Of a stretch of 64,000 bases of DNA, positions 1 through 9,776 are shown in pieces (position 1 is the first letter of the stretch; every line of letters starts with the position of its first letter). The notes under the pieces were generated by a model. That model was not told where the DNA came from and searched no databases. It worked only from the letters and a program-made list of their open reading frames with translations. Origin of the DNA: an uncultured Planctomycetaceae bacterium (GTDB lineage Bacteria; Planctomycetota; Planctomycetia; Pirellulales; PALSA-1355); assembly GCA_963785305.1 (NCBI GenBank), contig CAWAUV010000008.1, positions 480,001 through 544,000 of the forward strand, in the 5' to 3' direction. Position numbers and translations under genes: made by a program.

Positions 1-1900
1 GACGATCGAAGATCGCGAGATCGAGCTCGCGCATTCCGATCGCTCGAAAACTCCGATCGAGCCTTACTTGGCCGATCAATGGTTCGTGCGCATGGACGAA
101 CTGGCCCAGTCGGCCATGGACGCCGTGACCGACGGGCGGGTGAAAATCACGCCGGCGCCTATGCCAACGGCTATCTCGATTGGCTCGGCGAAAAGCGCGA
201 CTGGCCGGTGAGTCGGCAATTGTGGTGGGGCCATCGGATTCCGATCTGGCATGCGCCACGGTGAGCCGGGCCGAACTCGAACGCGCGTTCGCCGACCGCG
301 AAGACATTGCTTGGCTCGAGGCCGAAGAAGGCGCCGGTTGGCTCATCTGTTCGCGCGAAGATGATCTCGCCCCGACGCCGTGCCCGGCCACGCGATTCGC
401 CAAGACGACGATGTGCTCGACACCTGGTTCAGCTCGGCCCTGTGGCCGCACTCGACGCTTGGCTGGCCTGAAGCCACGCCCGAGCTTGCCTATTATTATC
501 CCACGAGCGTGCTGATTACGAGCCGCGACATTATCACGCTCTGGGTGGCGCGGATGGTGCTCACGGGCCTCTACAATGTGGGCGATGTTCCGTTTCGCGA
601 TGTGTTCATCCATCCCAAGATTCTCGATGGATTCGGCGAAACGATGTCCAAGACCAAAGGCAACGGCGTCGACCCGCTCGATGTGATCGACAAGTTCGGC
701 GCCGACGCGATGCGCTTCGCCCTCGCGCACATGACCACCGACACGCAAGATGTGCGGATGCCGGTCGAGTTCGAGTGCCCGAACTGCAAGGGTTTGATCG
801 AGCAGACGAAGAAAAATCGCGTGCTCGCGCGGGTCGAATGCAAGCACTGCGGCAAGCCGTTTTCCACGCAGTGGGCCAAGGCGCCGGCCGATGTGGCGCT
901 GCCGCGCGGCGCGGTGGTGAGCGAGCGATTCGAACTGGCCCGCAACTTCTGCAACAAGCTTTGGAACGCGGCTCGCTTCGCGCAAATGAATCTCGACGGC
1001 TACGCGCCGGCGCCTACTTCCGACGCCGAACTGGCCGTGGAAGATCGCTGGCTGCTGAGCCGACTGGCGAGCGTGACCGGCGAAGTGACGGCGGCGCTCG
1101 AGAGCTTTCGCTTTGGCGACGCGGCCCGAATACTGTACGACTTCGCATGGAACGAGTTTTGTAGTTTCTATGTCGAGATGGCCAAGTCGCGCCTCGCGGC
1201 GCCCGACACCCGGCCCGCGGCGCAGCGAGTGCTGGCCGACGCGCTCGATCGGCTGATGCGGCTGTTGCATCCCATCGTGCCGTTCGTGACCGAAGAGATT
1301 TGGCAACTCTTGGGCACGGTCGCGCCGAGTCGCGGTTTGGAGCAGCCGGCGCCGGCGGCCGAGAGCGTGATGATCGCCCCCTGGCCGGCGGCCGACGCAC
1401 GACGGATCGATCGAGCAATCGAAGCGCAGTTCGCGCTTTTTCAACAAGTGCTCTCGGGGCTGCGGGAAATTCGCAGCCGGCAGAATGTGCCGCCGAAGAC
1501 GCCGATCAGGTTCAGCGTGCGCTGCGACGACGCGACGCGGGGGCTGCTCGAACCGATGCGACCCTATTTTCATTCGATGGCCGGAGCCACCGCCACCGCC
1601 TGGGGCGCCGATGCGAGGCCGCCGGCCGCGAGCGCCAGCGTTGCCGGCGCCGGCTGGGAAGTGTTCGTCGACCTTGAACACCTGATCGATGTCGAGGCCG
1701 AGATCGCGCGGGGCGAAAAAGAACTGGCCCGGCTCGTGGGCGCCGTGGCGGCCAAGCAGAAGCAGTTGGCCAATGAGAACTTCGTGAGCCGGGCGCCCGA
1801 GGCCGTGATTCGCAAGGAGCGAGACGCGCTCGCGCAGCTCGAGGAGCAGCATGCGGCGGCGGCGGCGCGGCTGGCGGCTTTCGCGAGGAAGCGACGGTAG
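1..1900 (+). CDS. valS: Valyl-tRNA synthetase, 3' part (5' end outside window); frameshifts near 160, 260 and 375
   Basis: Motifs across frames: [65 protein letters not shown]-like [18 protein letters not shown] and the C-terminal coiled-coil arm ([12 protein letters not shown]). Confidence 0.96.
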
Positions 1901-2118
1901 ATCGGGCCGAGACCCGCGGCGCTGATCGCGTAGCATGTGGCGCTCGGCTACGCAAGCCCGCTTCCGCATTGACCGGCGCCCAGGCAGGACCCACGATTCG
2001 GGCGGTTTTCCGCCGGGCATGGCACATAGCGCATGGCAGATTTATAATCGAGCGATCGCGCTTGCCGAGAGCGCTTCCCGAGATCGATCGAGCCTGTATT
2101 CGCGCAAGGGGCCCCGTT

Positions 2119-2529
2119 ATGCCGGTCCACATGGAATTGTCTCGCATCATTATCAGCGAAATCAACGACCAGCAGTTGATCTATCTGAAAGAGGTCGAAG
2201 GCGAACGGACGTTTCCGATATTGATCGGGCTCTTCGAAGCGACGAGCATCGACCGCCGGGTGACGCACAAGTTTTCGCCCCGCCCGCTCACGCACGACCT
2301 CTTGGTAAGCGCCGTGGAATGCCTGGGCGGCGAATTTCAGGACGTGGTGATCAGCGAACTGAAGAAGGGCACCTACTACGCGCGGTTGCGCGTGCGGCAC
2401 GAAGGCGAGTTGATCGAGATCGACGCCCGCCCCTCCGACGCGATCGCCGTGGCGGTCACATGCGAGCCGGCGCTGCCGATCTATGTGTCGGAAGACGTGC
2501 TCGGCGAAGTGCTGGGCGATCAGACCTGA
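2119..2529 (+). CDS. Bifunctional nuclease family protein (DUF151/BFN)
   Basis: FPILIGLFEA, RPLTHDL and IDARPSDAIAVA are family signatures. ATG at 2119 inside ORF 1969..2529. Confidence 0.9.
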   Translation: MPVHMELSRIIISEINDQQLIYLKEVEGERTFPILIGLFEATSIDRRVTHKFSPRPLTHDLLVSAVECLGGEFQDVVISELKKGTYYARLRVRHEGELIEIDARPSDAIAVAVTCEPALPIYVSEDVLGEVLGDQT

Positions 2530-2598
2530 AGCCGACGCATCCCCTTCGGGGAGTCCTCGGAATCCGCCCGTGACCGAGCCGCGGTCTATCGCGCGCCA

Positions 2599-2685
2599 CC
2601 GGCGACTTTTCCTGACACGTTGCCAAACGCTCGGGCGAGAAGTACATTCCCCCTATCGTCGGCGATGGCGGACCTCGCGGCGAGG
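2599..2685 (+). repeat. 87-bp direct repeat, copy 1 (identical to 6058..6144); contains a sigma70-like promoter
   Basis: ccggcgacttttcctgacacg...gacctcgcggcgagg recurs at offset 3459. TTGCCA (2620-2625)-N17-TACATT (2643-2648). Confidence 0.95.
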
Positions 2686-3216
2686 GCCGCTTTATCTTGA
2701 CTCTCGTGGCAGTCGGGCCCAAAATGCCCTCATATCCGCTCGCCAGGGTAAATCGGGACTCGCGGCGCGAATGTCTGGCGGCGTCGATTTCACCGAGGCG
2801 CTATTTCATGCTCACGCGACTGTTCTGCGACAATTATAAGTGCCTCGTCAATTTCGAATATCGTCCGCGATCGATCCAGTTGTTGATGGGGCGGAACGGC
2901 GCCGGAAAGTCGACGATTTTCAAGCTTGCTCGAGACGCTTCGCGACTTCATTATCCGCGATGGTAAGTGCGAGGGCCGCTTTGGCGGCCGAACGCGGACA
3001 CGTTGGCAGGAAAATCCCTCGCAAAAATTCGCACTCGACGTACGCACGCCACGAGGCCTCTACGGATACGAATTGGACATCCACGAATCCGGGAATCCAC
3101 CGCGGCCGATCGTGCGCCATGAATCGGTTTCGCTCGATGGCAAACCGCTTTATTTGTTCAAAGAGTGAGGTGGACCCCGTTTTTCGGACCACGGGGGCGG
3201 GTTTCTTAGATGGTGG

Positions 3217-4058
3217 TCAGCGAGGCGTTCGACGATTGCCGCGGTAGGTTTCCCAGGGCGTGCGGTTGGCCAGGCCCTGGTGAGGTCGCTCGTGGCAGTA
3301 ATAGTTAAAGTACGCGCTCAGTCCTTCATGACAATCGGTTCCCGTCGTGTACTCCTTGAGGTAGATGTTCTCGTATTTCACCGTTCGCCATAGCCGCTCG
3401 ATCATCACGTTGTCGATGGCTCGGCCTTTGCCGTCCATGCTGATGGCGATCGACTCCCGCTGCAGCCGCTCGGTAAATTGTCCGCTGGTGAACTGCGAGC
3501 CCTGGTCGGTGTTGAATATCTCCGGCCGTCCATGACGGAGCGCTCCTTCCAACGCTTCCAGACAGAACTCGACATCCATGCTGTTCGACAACTGCCAGGC
3601 CAGCACATAGCGGCTGAACCAATCCATCACGGCCGTCAGGTACAAGTAGCCACGCCGCATCGGCACATAGGTGATGTCGCAGGCCCAGACCTGGTTCGGA
3701 CGCACGATCTCCACGCCTCGCAACAAATACGGATAGACCTTGTGGCCAGCGGCCCGCCGGGTCGTGTTCGGCCGCGGGGCCAGCGACTGCAGGCCCATTT
3801 TCCGCAGCAATCGCTGCATTTTCTTGCGATTCACCACCTCGTCTTGTCGCGCCAGAATGCAGCACCATGCCCCGGCTTCCCAGAATGCGGATGCCGCAAA
3901 TATTCTTCATCGATCAGACGCATCAACCGTAGCTCGTCGGCGCTCTCGGGTACGGGCTCGTAATAGAGGTTCGACCGATGAAGTCCCAACAGCTCGCACT
4001 GCCGACGCACGCTCAAGCCGCCGGCGTCGGGCTCGATCCAGCTTCGCCGCTCAGCCAC
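3217..4058 (-). CDS. IS3 transposase OrfB (rve DDE domain); internal frameshift(s) near 3840-3890
   Basis: PNQVWACDITYVP, FNTDQGSQFTS and DNVMIERLWRTVKYE give the DDE triad. Confidence 0.93.
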
Positions 4059-4344
4059 CGTTCTCGGCCACTTTTTTTTTGAGCCAATCCAGTTCGATCT
4101 TCAGCCGACCGATCTGCTCGTAAAGCTCCGCTGCGCTCGGCTCGTCCGTCGGCGCCTTCTTCGCCGAGGGCGACTCGAACACGCCCGCCGCTCCCTCCTG
4201 GAGCTGCTTCTTCCAGAGCGCGATCTGCGTCGGATGCACCTTGTGCAACGCCGCCAGCTCACTCACCGTCTTCAGGCCACGCATCGCATCCAAGGCAACC
4301 TTGGCCTTGAAAGACCCATCGAACAATCGTCGCTTCCGAGGCAT
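4051..4344 (-). CDS. IS3 transposase OrfA (HTH)
   Basis: FKAKVALDAMRGLKTVSELA...LYEQIGRLKIELDWLKKK. A9G slippery run (4071-4080 on the minus strand) at the orfA/orfB overlap. Confidence 0.93.
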   Translation of the reverse strand: MPRKRRLFDGSFKAKVALDAMRGLKTVSELAALHKVHPTQIALWKKQLQEGAAGVFESPSAKKAPTDEPSAAELYEQIGRLKIELDWLKKKVAENGG

Positions 4345-5216
4345 CGTTGCTCTCCTAAATGGTTCCCTCCACGAGGCCTCCTTTCTCCCCGATCCGCCGC
4401 CCGCTTTCCATCTATCCCCGTGGTCCGAAAAACGGGATCCACCTCAGAGGGACTTGTTCATTTGCATAACGATCAATTCCAGGATCGTGTGCAGTTCCCG
4501 TTTGATTCACGACAATCGTTCCTGTCGCTCATCGAACCTCGTGCTGACAATTCCCTTTTAACTGAATTCAAGGAATGGCTCTCTCGGTTGATTTACATCC
4601 AGATCGACCCGAAGCGGATGGAAACACTGGCGGAGGAAGAAGCGCTATTCCCGACCTCCGACCTTGGCAACTTCGCGGCTTGGTACTGGCGGCTCCGAAT
4701 CGCGGAGGAGATCGGAACGGAAAATCTTCGTAACACGTTGCGCGAAGTGATTGATGGGTTCGACAGTTTTTATCTAAAGGACTTCGGGCCCAAAACGAAA
4801 ATACTCTCCGTCCGAGTTCGTTCTCCAAATGGGCAAGCGGCCAATGTGGATTCCACTGAATTCGACGAATTGTCCGACGGACAAAGGGCCTTGGTGGGAC
4901 TCTATACCTTGCTCCATTGCGGATTGACGCACAACGCGACACTTTGCATAGACGAACCGGATAACTTCGTGGCCCTTTCGGAAATTCAGCCCTGGATAAT
5001 GGCTCTGACTGATAAGATCGAGCAGTCGGATTCGGCTCAGGTTTTGATCGCCTCGCATCATCCAGAGCTCATGAACCAGCTTGCAAGTCAGCATGGCATT
5101 ATCATCGAACGGCCCGATGGCTGGGCAACCGCGCCGCCGCGACCTTACGCCCCGCCGGACGACACCGTGCTTACTCCCGCCGAAATCATTGCCCGCGGGT
5201 GGGAGACCTAGGGAGC

Positions 5217-5778
5217 ATGAGCCGACGCGTCGCGAATATCATCGTGCTGACGGAAGACGCCGAACAAAGCAACTTGATTCGCCGTTATTTGGAGCAGGCG
5301 GGGCACGACACTCGCGCAGTGAAGTTCTTATCCATCAACAAAGGTTGCGCGTCGCAGTGGGTGCGGCTTCAATTCCCGGCGCAAGTCGCCGCTTGCCGCG
5401 GGACGTTAGGTAGAAGGGCATCCTGTCTGTTGCTGGTGATGACCGACGCCGATAATCTGTCGTGCGTCGATCGGCGAAAAACCCTCCTCGAAGAGCTCGT
5501 GAGCAAAAATATGCCGCCGCTGGCCGCTGGCCGCCGACGAGCCCGTCGTTATTTTCACGCCGAAGTGGCAGGTGGAAACGTGGATCAAATGCCTTTTGGG
5601 CCAGCCGATGGTTGAAGATGATAAGAAGTCCGATCAACCACCGGTCGACGCCAAGCAGATCAAAAAAGCCGCGGGCGCATTGTATAAATGGGCTCGTCCC
5701 CATGCCACGGCCGGCGCAACTTGCGTTCCATCGCTTGCATCCGCATTACCGGACTGGCGTCGGCTTGACCAGCCATGA
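5217..5778 (+). pseudogene. TOPRIM-like partner protein of the ATPase; frameshifted by a 7-bp tandem duplication (5520-5533)
   Basis: Starts 5 nt after the ATPase stop. IIVLTED...LLVMTDAD...ETWI resembles the TOPRIM E...DxD pattern. Deleting one ctggccg joins ORFs 5199..5615 and 5572..5778. Confidence 0.65.
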
Positions 5779-5865
5779 CGCAGGCAAGGGAACGGCGAGA
5801 AAGAGGCGCGCGCGAAATGAGCCGACAGACGGGGGCCGGCACGACGCAACTCCAGAGCGCCCCAA

Positions 5866-5917
5866 ACAAGCCTGAAGCGCCAGCGAAGTTATTTCTTTGC
5901 TGACGCTTCAGGCTTGT
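5866..5917. repeat. REP-like inverted pair (acaagcctgaagcgccagcgaag / tttgctgacgcttcaggcttgt)
   Basis: Imperfect hairpin. The same unit recurs at 18154-18420. Confidence 0.8.
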
Positions 5918-5934
5918 AAGTGCTCGCTGTCTCA

Positions 5935-5965
5935 AGCAGCCTGTTGAATATTTCAACAGGCTGCT
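5935..5965. repeat. Palindrome agcagcctgttgaa-tat-ttcaacaggctgct (MITE family A end unit)
   Basis: Perfect 14-bp arms. Related units near 7548, 47873, 52053, 57185 and 61613. Confidence 0.85.
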
Positions 5966-6057
5966 GGGCATTGTATCGCTGGACCGTCGCGGTTGGCGCC
6001 GCGGGTCTTCAGCATCCGCGCACGGCCGGACCGCGGTTCGCCATGCGCTTTCTCACG

Positions 6058-6144
6058 CCGGCGACTTTTCCTGACACGTTGCCAAACGCTCGGGCGAGAA
6101 GTACATTCCCCCTATCGTCGGCGATGGCGGACCTCGCGGCGAGG
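6058..6144 (+). repeat. 87-bp direct repeat, copy 2; probable native promoter region of ndh
   Basis: Identical to 2599..2685. Ends 57 nt upstream of the ndh ATG (RBS aggag at 6189-6193). Confidence 0.95.
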
Positions 6145-6201
6145 AAGCGCGAGGCCCAACGCTTCGCGGTCGATCCGACCTACTCTCCAGGAGCGCCGCT
6201 C

Positions 6202-7501
6202 ATGACCGCAGCCTTGCCCAGGGTGGTAATCATTGGCGGCGGTTTTGCCGGGCTCACCGCCGCCCAGGCGCTCGCCAAGGCGCCGGTCGCGGTCACGCTG
6301 CTCGATCGGCGCAACCACCATCTCTTTCAGCCGCTGCTCTATCAGGTCGCCTCGGCCGGACTCAACCCCAGCGATATCGCCACGCCCATTCGGCGCATTC
6401 TACGCAATCAAAAAAACGCCGAAGTCCTGCTGGCCGAGGCCACCGGCTTCGATCTCGACGCCAAGCAAGTGATCCTCGATCGCGGCACGGTCGACTACGA
6501 CTATCTGATTGTCGCCACCGGCGCCCGGCATTCGTATTTCGGCCGCGAGGATTGGGCAAAATTCGCACCGGGCCTCAAGAGCATTGCCGACGCGCTCGGC
6601 ATTCGACGGCGCGTGCTCTCGGCTTTCGAATTGGCCGAACGCGAAGACGACGACGCGGCCCGCACCGCTTGGCTCACGTTTGTCGTCGTGGGCGGCGGCC
6701 CGACCGGCGTCGAGCTTTCCGGCGCGATCTGCGAAGTGGCCCAGCACGCGCTCGCCAAGGACTTTCGCCGCATCGATCCCAAGCAAGCCCATGTGATCCT
6801 GCTCGAAGGCTCCGACCGGGTGTTGCCGGTATATCCGCCCGACCTTTCCGAAAAAGCGCGCCAGCAGCTTGAAAGACTGGGCGTCGATGTGCGGAGCGGG
6901 CAGCGAGTCACGGCCATCGACGATGCCGGCGTTGCGTGTGGCGATGAGCATATCGCGGCGCGCACCGTGCTTTGGGCGGCGGGCGTGGCCGGCTCGCGGC
7001 TGGGAAAAGCCCTCGGCGCACCGCTCGACAAATCGAATCGCGTGCTCGTGACGCCCGAGTTGAACGTGCCGGGCCGGCCGGAAGTGTTTGTCATTGGCGA
7101 TCTCGCGAGTCTCCTGCAAGACGGCAAGCCGGTGCCGGGCGTGGCGCCGGCGGCGATGCAAGCCGGTCGTCAGACGGTCGACAATATCTTGCGGCTGATG
7201 CGCGGCGAACAGGCGATCCCTTTCCATTATCGCGACAAAGGCTCGCTGGCCACGATCGGCCGCTCGGCGGCGGTGGCTCAAGTCGGCTCGTTGCGACTTT
7301 CGGGCACGCTTGCCTGGCTCGCGTGGCTGTTTATCCATCTCCTGTTTCTGATCGGGTTTCGCAATCGGTTCTTCGTGCTCATGGAATGGGCTTGGTCGTT
7401 TTTCTCCTACGATCGCGGAGCGCAGGCTCATTACCGGTCCCCTGAAACGCGAAATGGATACCTTCAAAGCCGAAGTTCCGCAATCGGGGGCGAGCGGATA
7501 A
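6202..7501 (+). CDS. ndh: Type II NADH dehydrogenase (NAD(P)/FAD oxidoreductase); frameshift near 7423
   Basis: VVIIGGGFAG, HLFQPLLYQVA, VGGGPTGVE, VFVIGD, FHYRDKGSLATIGR. The shifted frame gives the typical ...RLITG C-terminus ending at TAA 7499-7501. Confidence 0.92.
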
Positions 7502-7575
7502 TTTTCGCCCATTGGTCGGGCCCTTTAATATTTCGACGGCGGCGCGTCCTGTTGAAATAGTCAACAGGCTGCTAG

Positions 7576-8213
7576 TGCTCGTTCACGGCTGAAATGATGG
7601 ATAATTCGGTTTGCGCGTGTGCCATGCCCATTGCCCAGCGTGGGCATGTTTTCAAACGCCACGCGGAGTCCTCATGCCCACGCGGGGCGGTGGGCATGGC
7701 ATCTATGAATGGGGTTCCGTCAAGTGGGGTTCTTGGAATGTGGTTGGGGGTGGCGACGATAAGTTCCGCGAGTCGCAGGTTTGCGCTCAGGCATCTATTC
7801 GAGATCGGCCCGCTTGGGGTCGTCCCGGGAAGGAATTCGACGGACGCTCCATTCACAAGAACTCGGGTCGGCCCAGTCAGTCGCCCGTAGCCATGCCGTC
7901 GGAGTCGTCCGCGGTCGCAAACGGCGCCAGCTTGGCAAACGTGTCGCGGATCTTCGCCGTGTCCCCACAGGCCAAATGGCCCCCGATCCCGCCTCGCTTG
8001 TCGCCCGCTTTCGCTACCGCCCGCCAAACGATAACCTGTTTGTGGAGTCCACGCCGACGTAATTCATGGGAAGCTCCTTTTTGTGGAAACACAAGGGATG
8101 TCGCAACTCCCCTTAGGTTTACCACGTTTCCAAGGCCACCGCGCGGCGCGGCCTCCTCTCATGGCTTCACACGGGCAAACCGACTTATCCATCATTTCAG
8201 CCGTGACAAAGCA
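7576..8213. mobile_element. MITE-like element family B, long copy with ~470 bp extra internal sequence
   Basis: ~46-bp imperfect TIRs (tgct..tcacggctgaaatgatggataa), CTAG on both sides (7572-7575, 8214-8217), internal atgcccac...gtgggcat hairpins, no transposase. Confidence 0.85.
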
Positions 8214-8469
8214 CTAGCATGGCGAGGCTGTTTTCACGACGCCCGCGGCGACATCGGCTCGCAATCCGGCCGCGCGGATCCGCCGGCTCAATTCGTCGCC
8301 GACGAAATATTTGCCCGCGAGGCGGCTGCTCAACGCGCTGGCGGCAAGGCGGTAGTCTCATAAGCGGCGGCTTTCGATTCCCGGCCATTTTGGCGGCGGG
8401 CGCCGCCATGTGCCCCTTGCGCCCCCTCGGGGCTATGCCGCCGTTTCTTTCGCCCGTGAGGTTTCCACG

Positions 8470-9582
8470 ATGCCAAACTGGATCGCTGATCGCGTCAAGC
8501 ATTTCGATAGCTCGGGAATTCGCAAGGTCTTCGATCTCGCGGCCACGATGAAGAATCCGATCAACCTCTCGATCGGCCAGCCCGACTTTCCGGTGCCCGA
8601 GGAAGCCCGCGAGGAGATGAACCGGGCCGTGAACTCGGGTCGCAATGGCTACGCGCTCACCCAGGGCATGCCGGTCTTGCGCGAAAAGCTGGCCGCCCAA
8701 GTCGCCGCCGAGCTCGAACACACCGATCGCGAGACGTTCGTCGCCAGCGGCACCAGCGGCGCGCTCGTCTTGGCGATGCTCGCGCTGGTCAATCCGGGCG
8801 ATGAAGTCATCGTCTTCGATCCTTATTTCGTCATGTATCCCTCGCTGATCGGGCTCGTGGGTGGCGTGTGCGTGGCGATCGACACCTATCCCGATTTTCG
8901 GATCGACGTGGCCCGAGTGGCCGAGCGCATCACGCCGCGCACCAAGGCGATTCTGTTTAATAGCCCGGCGAATCCGACCGGCGTGACGAATAGCGCGGCG
9001 GAGATTCGGGCCCTGGCGGAACTGGCGGCCGAGCGGAATATCGTGCTGATTAGCGACGAAATCTATCGTTCGTTTTGTTACGACGAGCCGTTTGTCTCGC
9101 CGGCCGAATTCAATCCGCAAACGCTCGTGATCGATGGTTTTTCCAAAAGCCATGCCATGACCGGCTGGCGCGTGGGCTTCGCGCATGGCCCCGGCCAGAT
9201 CATTCGGCAGATGATCAAGGTGCAGCAGTATACGTTTGTCTGCGCGCCGCAGCCGGCGCAGTGGGCCGCGGCCCGGGCGCTCGACTTGGACATGAGCGCG
9301 CATGTGGCCGAGTACCGCGGAAAGCGCGACCGGCTGCTCGCGGCGCTCGAGGGCGATTACAAGATCGCCCGGCCGGGCGGAGCGTTTTATATGTTTCCGC
9401 AAGCCCCCTGGGGCACGGGTAGCGAATTCGTGGCCGAGGCGATTCGTAATGAGCTTTTGATTATTCCGGGCAACATCTTCAGCGGCCGCGACACGCACTT
9501 CCGCATTTCCTACGCCGCCTCCGACGCGACGCTCGATCGCGGCATCGAGGCGCTGCTGCGGCTCGCGCGGCGGCCGGCTTAG
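8470..9582 (+). CDS. PLP-dependent aminotransferase class I/II (aspartate aminotransferase-like)
   Basis: INLSIGQPDF, NSPANPTG, ISDEIY, GFSKSHAMTGWRVG. Confidence 0.93.
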   Translation: MPNWIADRVKHFDSSGIRKVFDLAATMKNPINLSIGQPDFPVPEEAREEMNRAVNSGRNGYALTQGMPVLREKLAAQVAAELEHTDRETFVASGTSGALVLAMLALVNPGDEVIVFDPYFVMYPSLIGLVGGVCVAIDTYPDFRIDVARVAERITPRTKAILFNSPANPTGVTNSAAEIRALAELAAERNIVLISDEIYRSFCYDEPFVSPAEFNPQTLVIDGFSKSHAMTGWRVGFAHGPGQIIRQMIKVQQYTFVCAPQPAQWAAARALDLDMSAHVAEYRGKRDRLLAALEGDYKIARPGGAFYMFPQAPWGTGSEFVAEAIRNELLIIPGNIFSGRDTHFRISYAASDATLDRGIEALLRLARRPA

Positions 9583-9776
9583 AGTGGGTGGGGTAAGGCG
9601 GCTAGACACGCGGGGCCAAAAAACCATCGCCGCCGGAGCTCTCGATTGTTGCGGGCCGGCGCCCAGCGAGTAGACTATACGTCGCTTCGCTCTCTCCTCT
9701 CCGGATCGGCGTCTCCGAGCACGAGACGCTCCCGCCGCCACGGCTGCACAACCCCTCGCTTCACGAAAGGCGTCTC

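Larger units (their letters stand above)
3166..4446 (-). mobile_element. IS3-family insertion sequence, 1281 bp
   Basis: TG...CA ends, 31-bp terminal inverted repeats with one mismatch (TGAGGTGGA[C/T]CCCGTTTTTCGGACCACGGGG), 3-bp target duplication GAG (3163-3165/4447-4449), orfA/orfB organisation. Confidence 0.97.
2808..5211 (+). pseudogene. ABC/AAA_21-type ATPase interrupted by an IS3-family element (extra frameshift near 2925)
   Basis: N-terminal Walker A GRNGAGKS. C-terminal signature LSDGQR, Walker B LCIDEPD and H-loop ASHH. Removing 3166..4446 and one GAG restores ...LYLFKE-GLVHLHND... in frame. Confidence 0.9.

Noticed and set aside
4234..4446. N-terminal part of ORF 4234..5211 as a real protein start
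   Set aside because: It is read-through from IS sequence. The true upstream part of the ATPase lies at 2808-3165.
7611..8363. 250-aa ORF across the MITE
   Set aside because: Spans repeat hairpins, has no recognisable domain or transposase motif, and has atypical composition.
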